Made by a program: the position numbers and the translations under genes. The notes under the pieces are model-generated. The model was not told the DNA's origin. It saw only the letters and a list, made by a program, of their open reading frames with translations, and ran no database searches. This document shows positions 63,245 to 64,000 of a stretch of DNA of 64,000 nucleotides, one piece after another. Numbering within the stretch: the first letter of the stretch is position 1; each line of letters begins with the position of its first letter. Origin of the DNA: Candidatus Pampinifervens sinense (GTDB lineage Bacteria > Aquificota > Aquificia > Aquificales > Aquificaceae); NCBI GenBank assembly GCA_037927135.1, contig JAXSPP010000004.1, positions 99,710 through 163,709 of the forward strand, in the 5' to 3' direction.

Positions 63245-63763
63245 TTACGTTAGTTCTTTTACAAAGCCAGCTTCGCCTATTATAAGCTTGTTGCCATCCC
63301 TTTTTTGTGGTGGCACATAAAGAGGTCTAGGAGGTGGTCCAGCAATATTGTCTCCCCAAGGAGAATAAAAACCACCATGACAGGGGCAATGAAAGACAGG
63401 ATAGTTATATTCTGCTTCTCCTTGAGGCTTCCATAGTGGAACACAGCCAAGGTGTGTGCATACTGCAACCATGGCATAGGCATCTTGTCCTTCCAAAAGT
63501 TTTCTGTTTCTGTCTTCTTTTGTCTTCCCGTTCCATTGAAATCCTTGAGGGAGTTTGACCACAAACACGGGCTTGCCTTTCCAAGATACCACCCTCACTT
63601 GCAAGTCTGGTATGGAGCTTACATCCACTTCCACCCTGGCTCCCGCAAGGGATGCTGCACTGGGTGCCAGCGTCTTGACTATAGGATATAAGACTCCAAT
63701 AACTCCTACTGCTCCTAGGCCTCCTATGGCAAGGCCCAAAAGGTCTCTCCTTGATGTTTCCAT
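63245..63763 (-). CDS. petA: Rieske Fe-S protein
   Basis: Tat motif SRRDLL, CTHLGC, CPCHG. Confidence 0.96.
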   Translation of the reverse strand: METSRRDLLGLAIGGLGAVGVIGVLYPIVKTLAPSAASLAGARVEVDVSSIPDLQVRVVSWKGKPVFVVKLPQGFQWNGKTKEDRNRKLLEGQDAYAMVAVCTHLGCVPLWKPQGEAEYNYPVFHCPCHGGFYSPWGDNIAGPPPRPLYVPPQKRDGNKLIIGEAGFVKELT

Positions 63764-63890
63764 AATTTTACCTCCTGATGAATTACTGATTTTTTTATTA
63801 TACACCCAGATAAAAGTGCGGTGTTAAACTCTTCAAGTTTATAAACCATAGCTTATATAATTATAAGTGATAAATACGCTGGGTGAGAAA

Positions 63891-64000
63891 TTAGACCTCA
63901 AGTTCACCCCTCCTGTAATAACTATATCCAATAGCATAAGCATATACATACACAAGCACACAAGTTAAAGTCCTCCACCCACTACCAGCATTGAAAAGCT
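63891..64000 (-). CDS. Possible C-terminus of a membrane protein entering from the right edge
   Basis: Open frame ...LFNAGSGWRTLTCVLVYVYAYAIGYSYYRRGELEV*. Confidence 0.35.
   Translation of the reverse strand, partial: LFNAGSGWRTLTCVLVYVYAYAIGYSYYRRGELEV

Noticed and set aside
61392-63763. petABC with cytochrome c1 carrying an N-terminal TM helix
   Set aside because: Already described for the Aquifex bc1 complex

Overview
Gene-dense chromosomal window from a thermophilic Aquificaceae bacterium (Hydrogenobacter/Thermocrinis-like). This assignment is inferred from citryl-CoA lyase, an Aquifex-type TrpRS and bc1 complex, and AGG/ATA-rich codon usage. It contains the spc+alpha ribosomal operon (rplN to rplQ, including rpmJ, which the ORF track missed), rplT-pheS, petABC, motAB, folP-cdaA-cdaR, ribBA, purK, murF, lepB and rlmN. 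It also has a complete TolC-MFP-RND operon, a two-component/TolC cluster cut by the left edge, and c-di-GMP genes. I saw no rRNA, tRNA, CRISPR array or mobile element. Most interesting observations: (1) a 151-aa half-size sulfur oxygenase reductase (SOR)-like protein that keeps the Cys and His/His/Glu iron motifs; (2) its promoter shares a 32-bp element, at the same distance from the ATG, with the RND efflux operon 25 kb away, suggesting a sulfur-handling regulon; (3) a lipoate ligase fused to a Cys-rich domain and a PorD/ForD-like domain, with an A9 tract at the domain junction; (4) a pseudo-receiver/pseudo-ODP fusion and an exported hydrolase with an altered triad; (5) two genes broken by single in-frame stops. 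All family calls come from motif recognition from memory; no searches were run.
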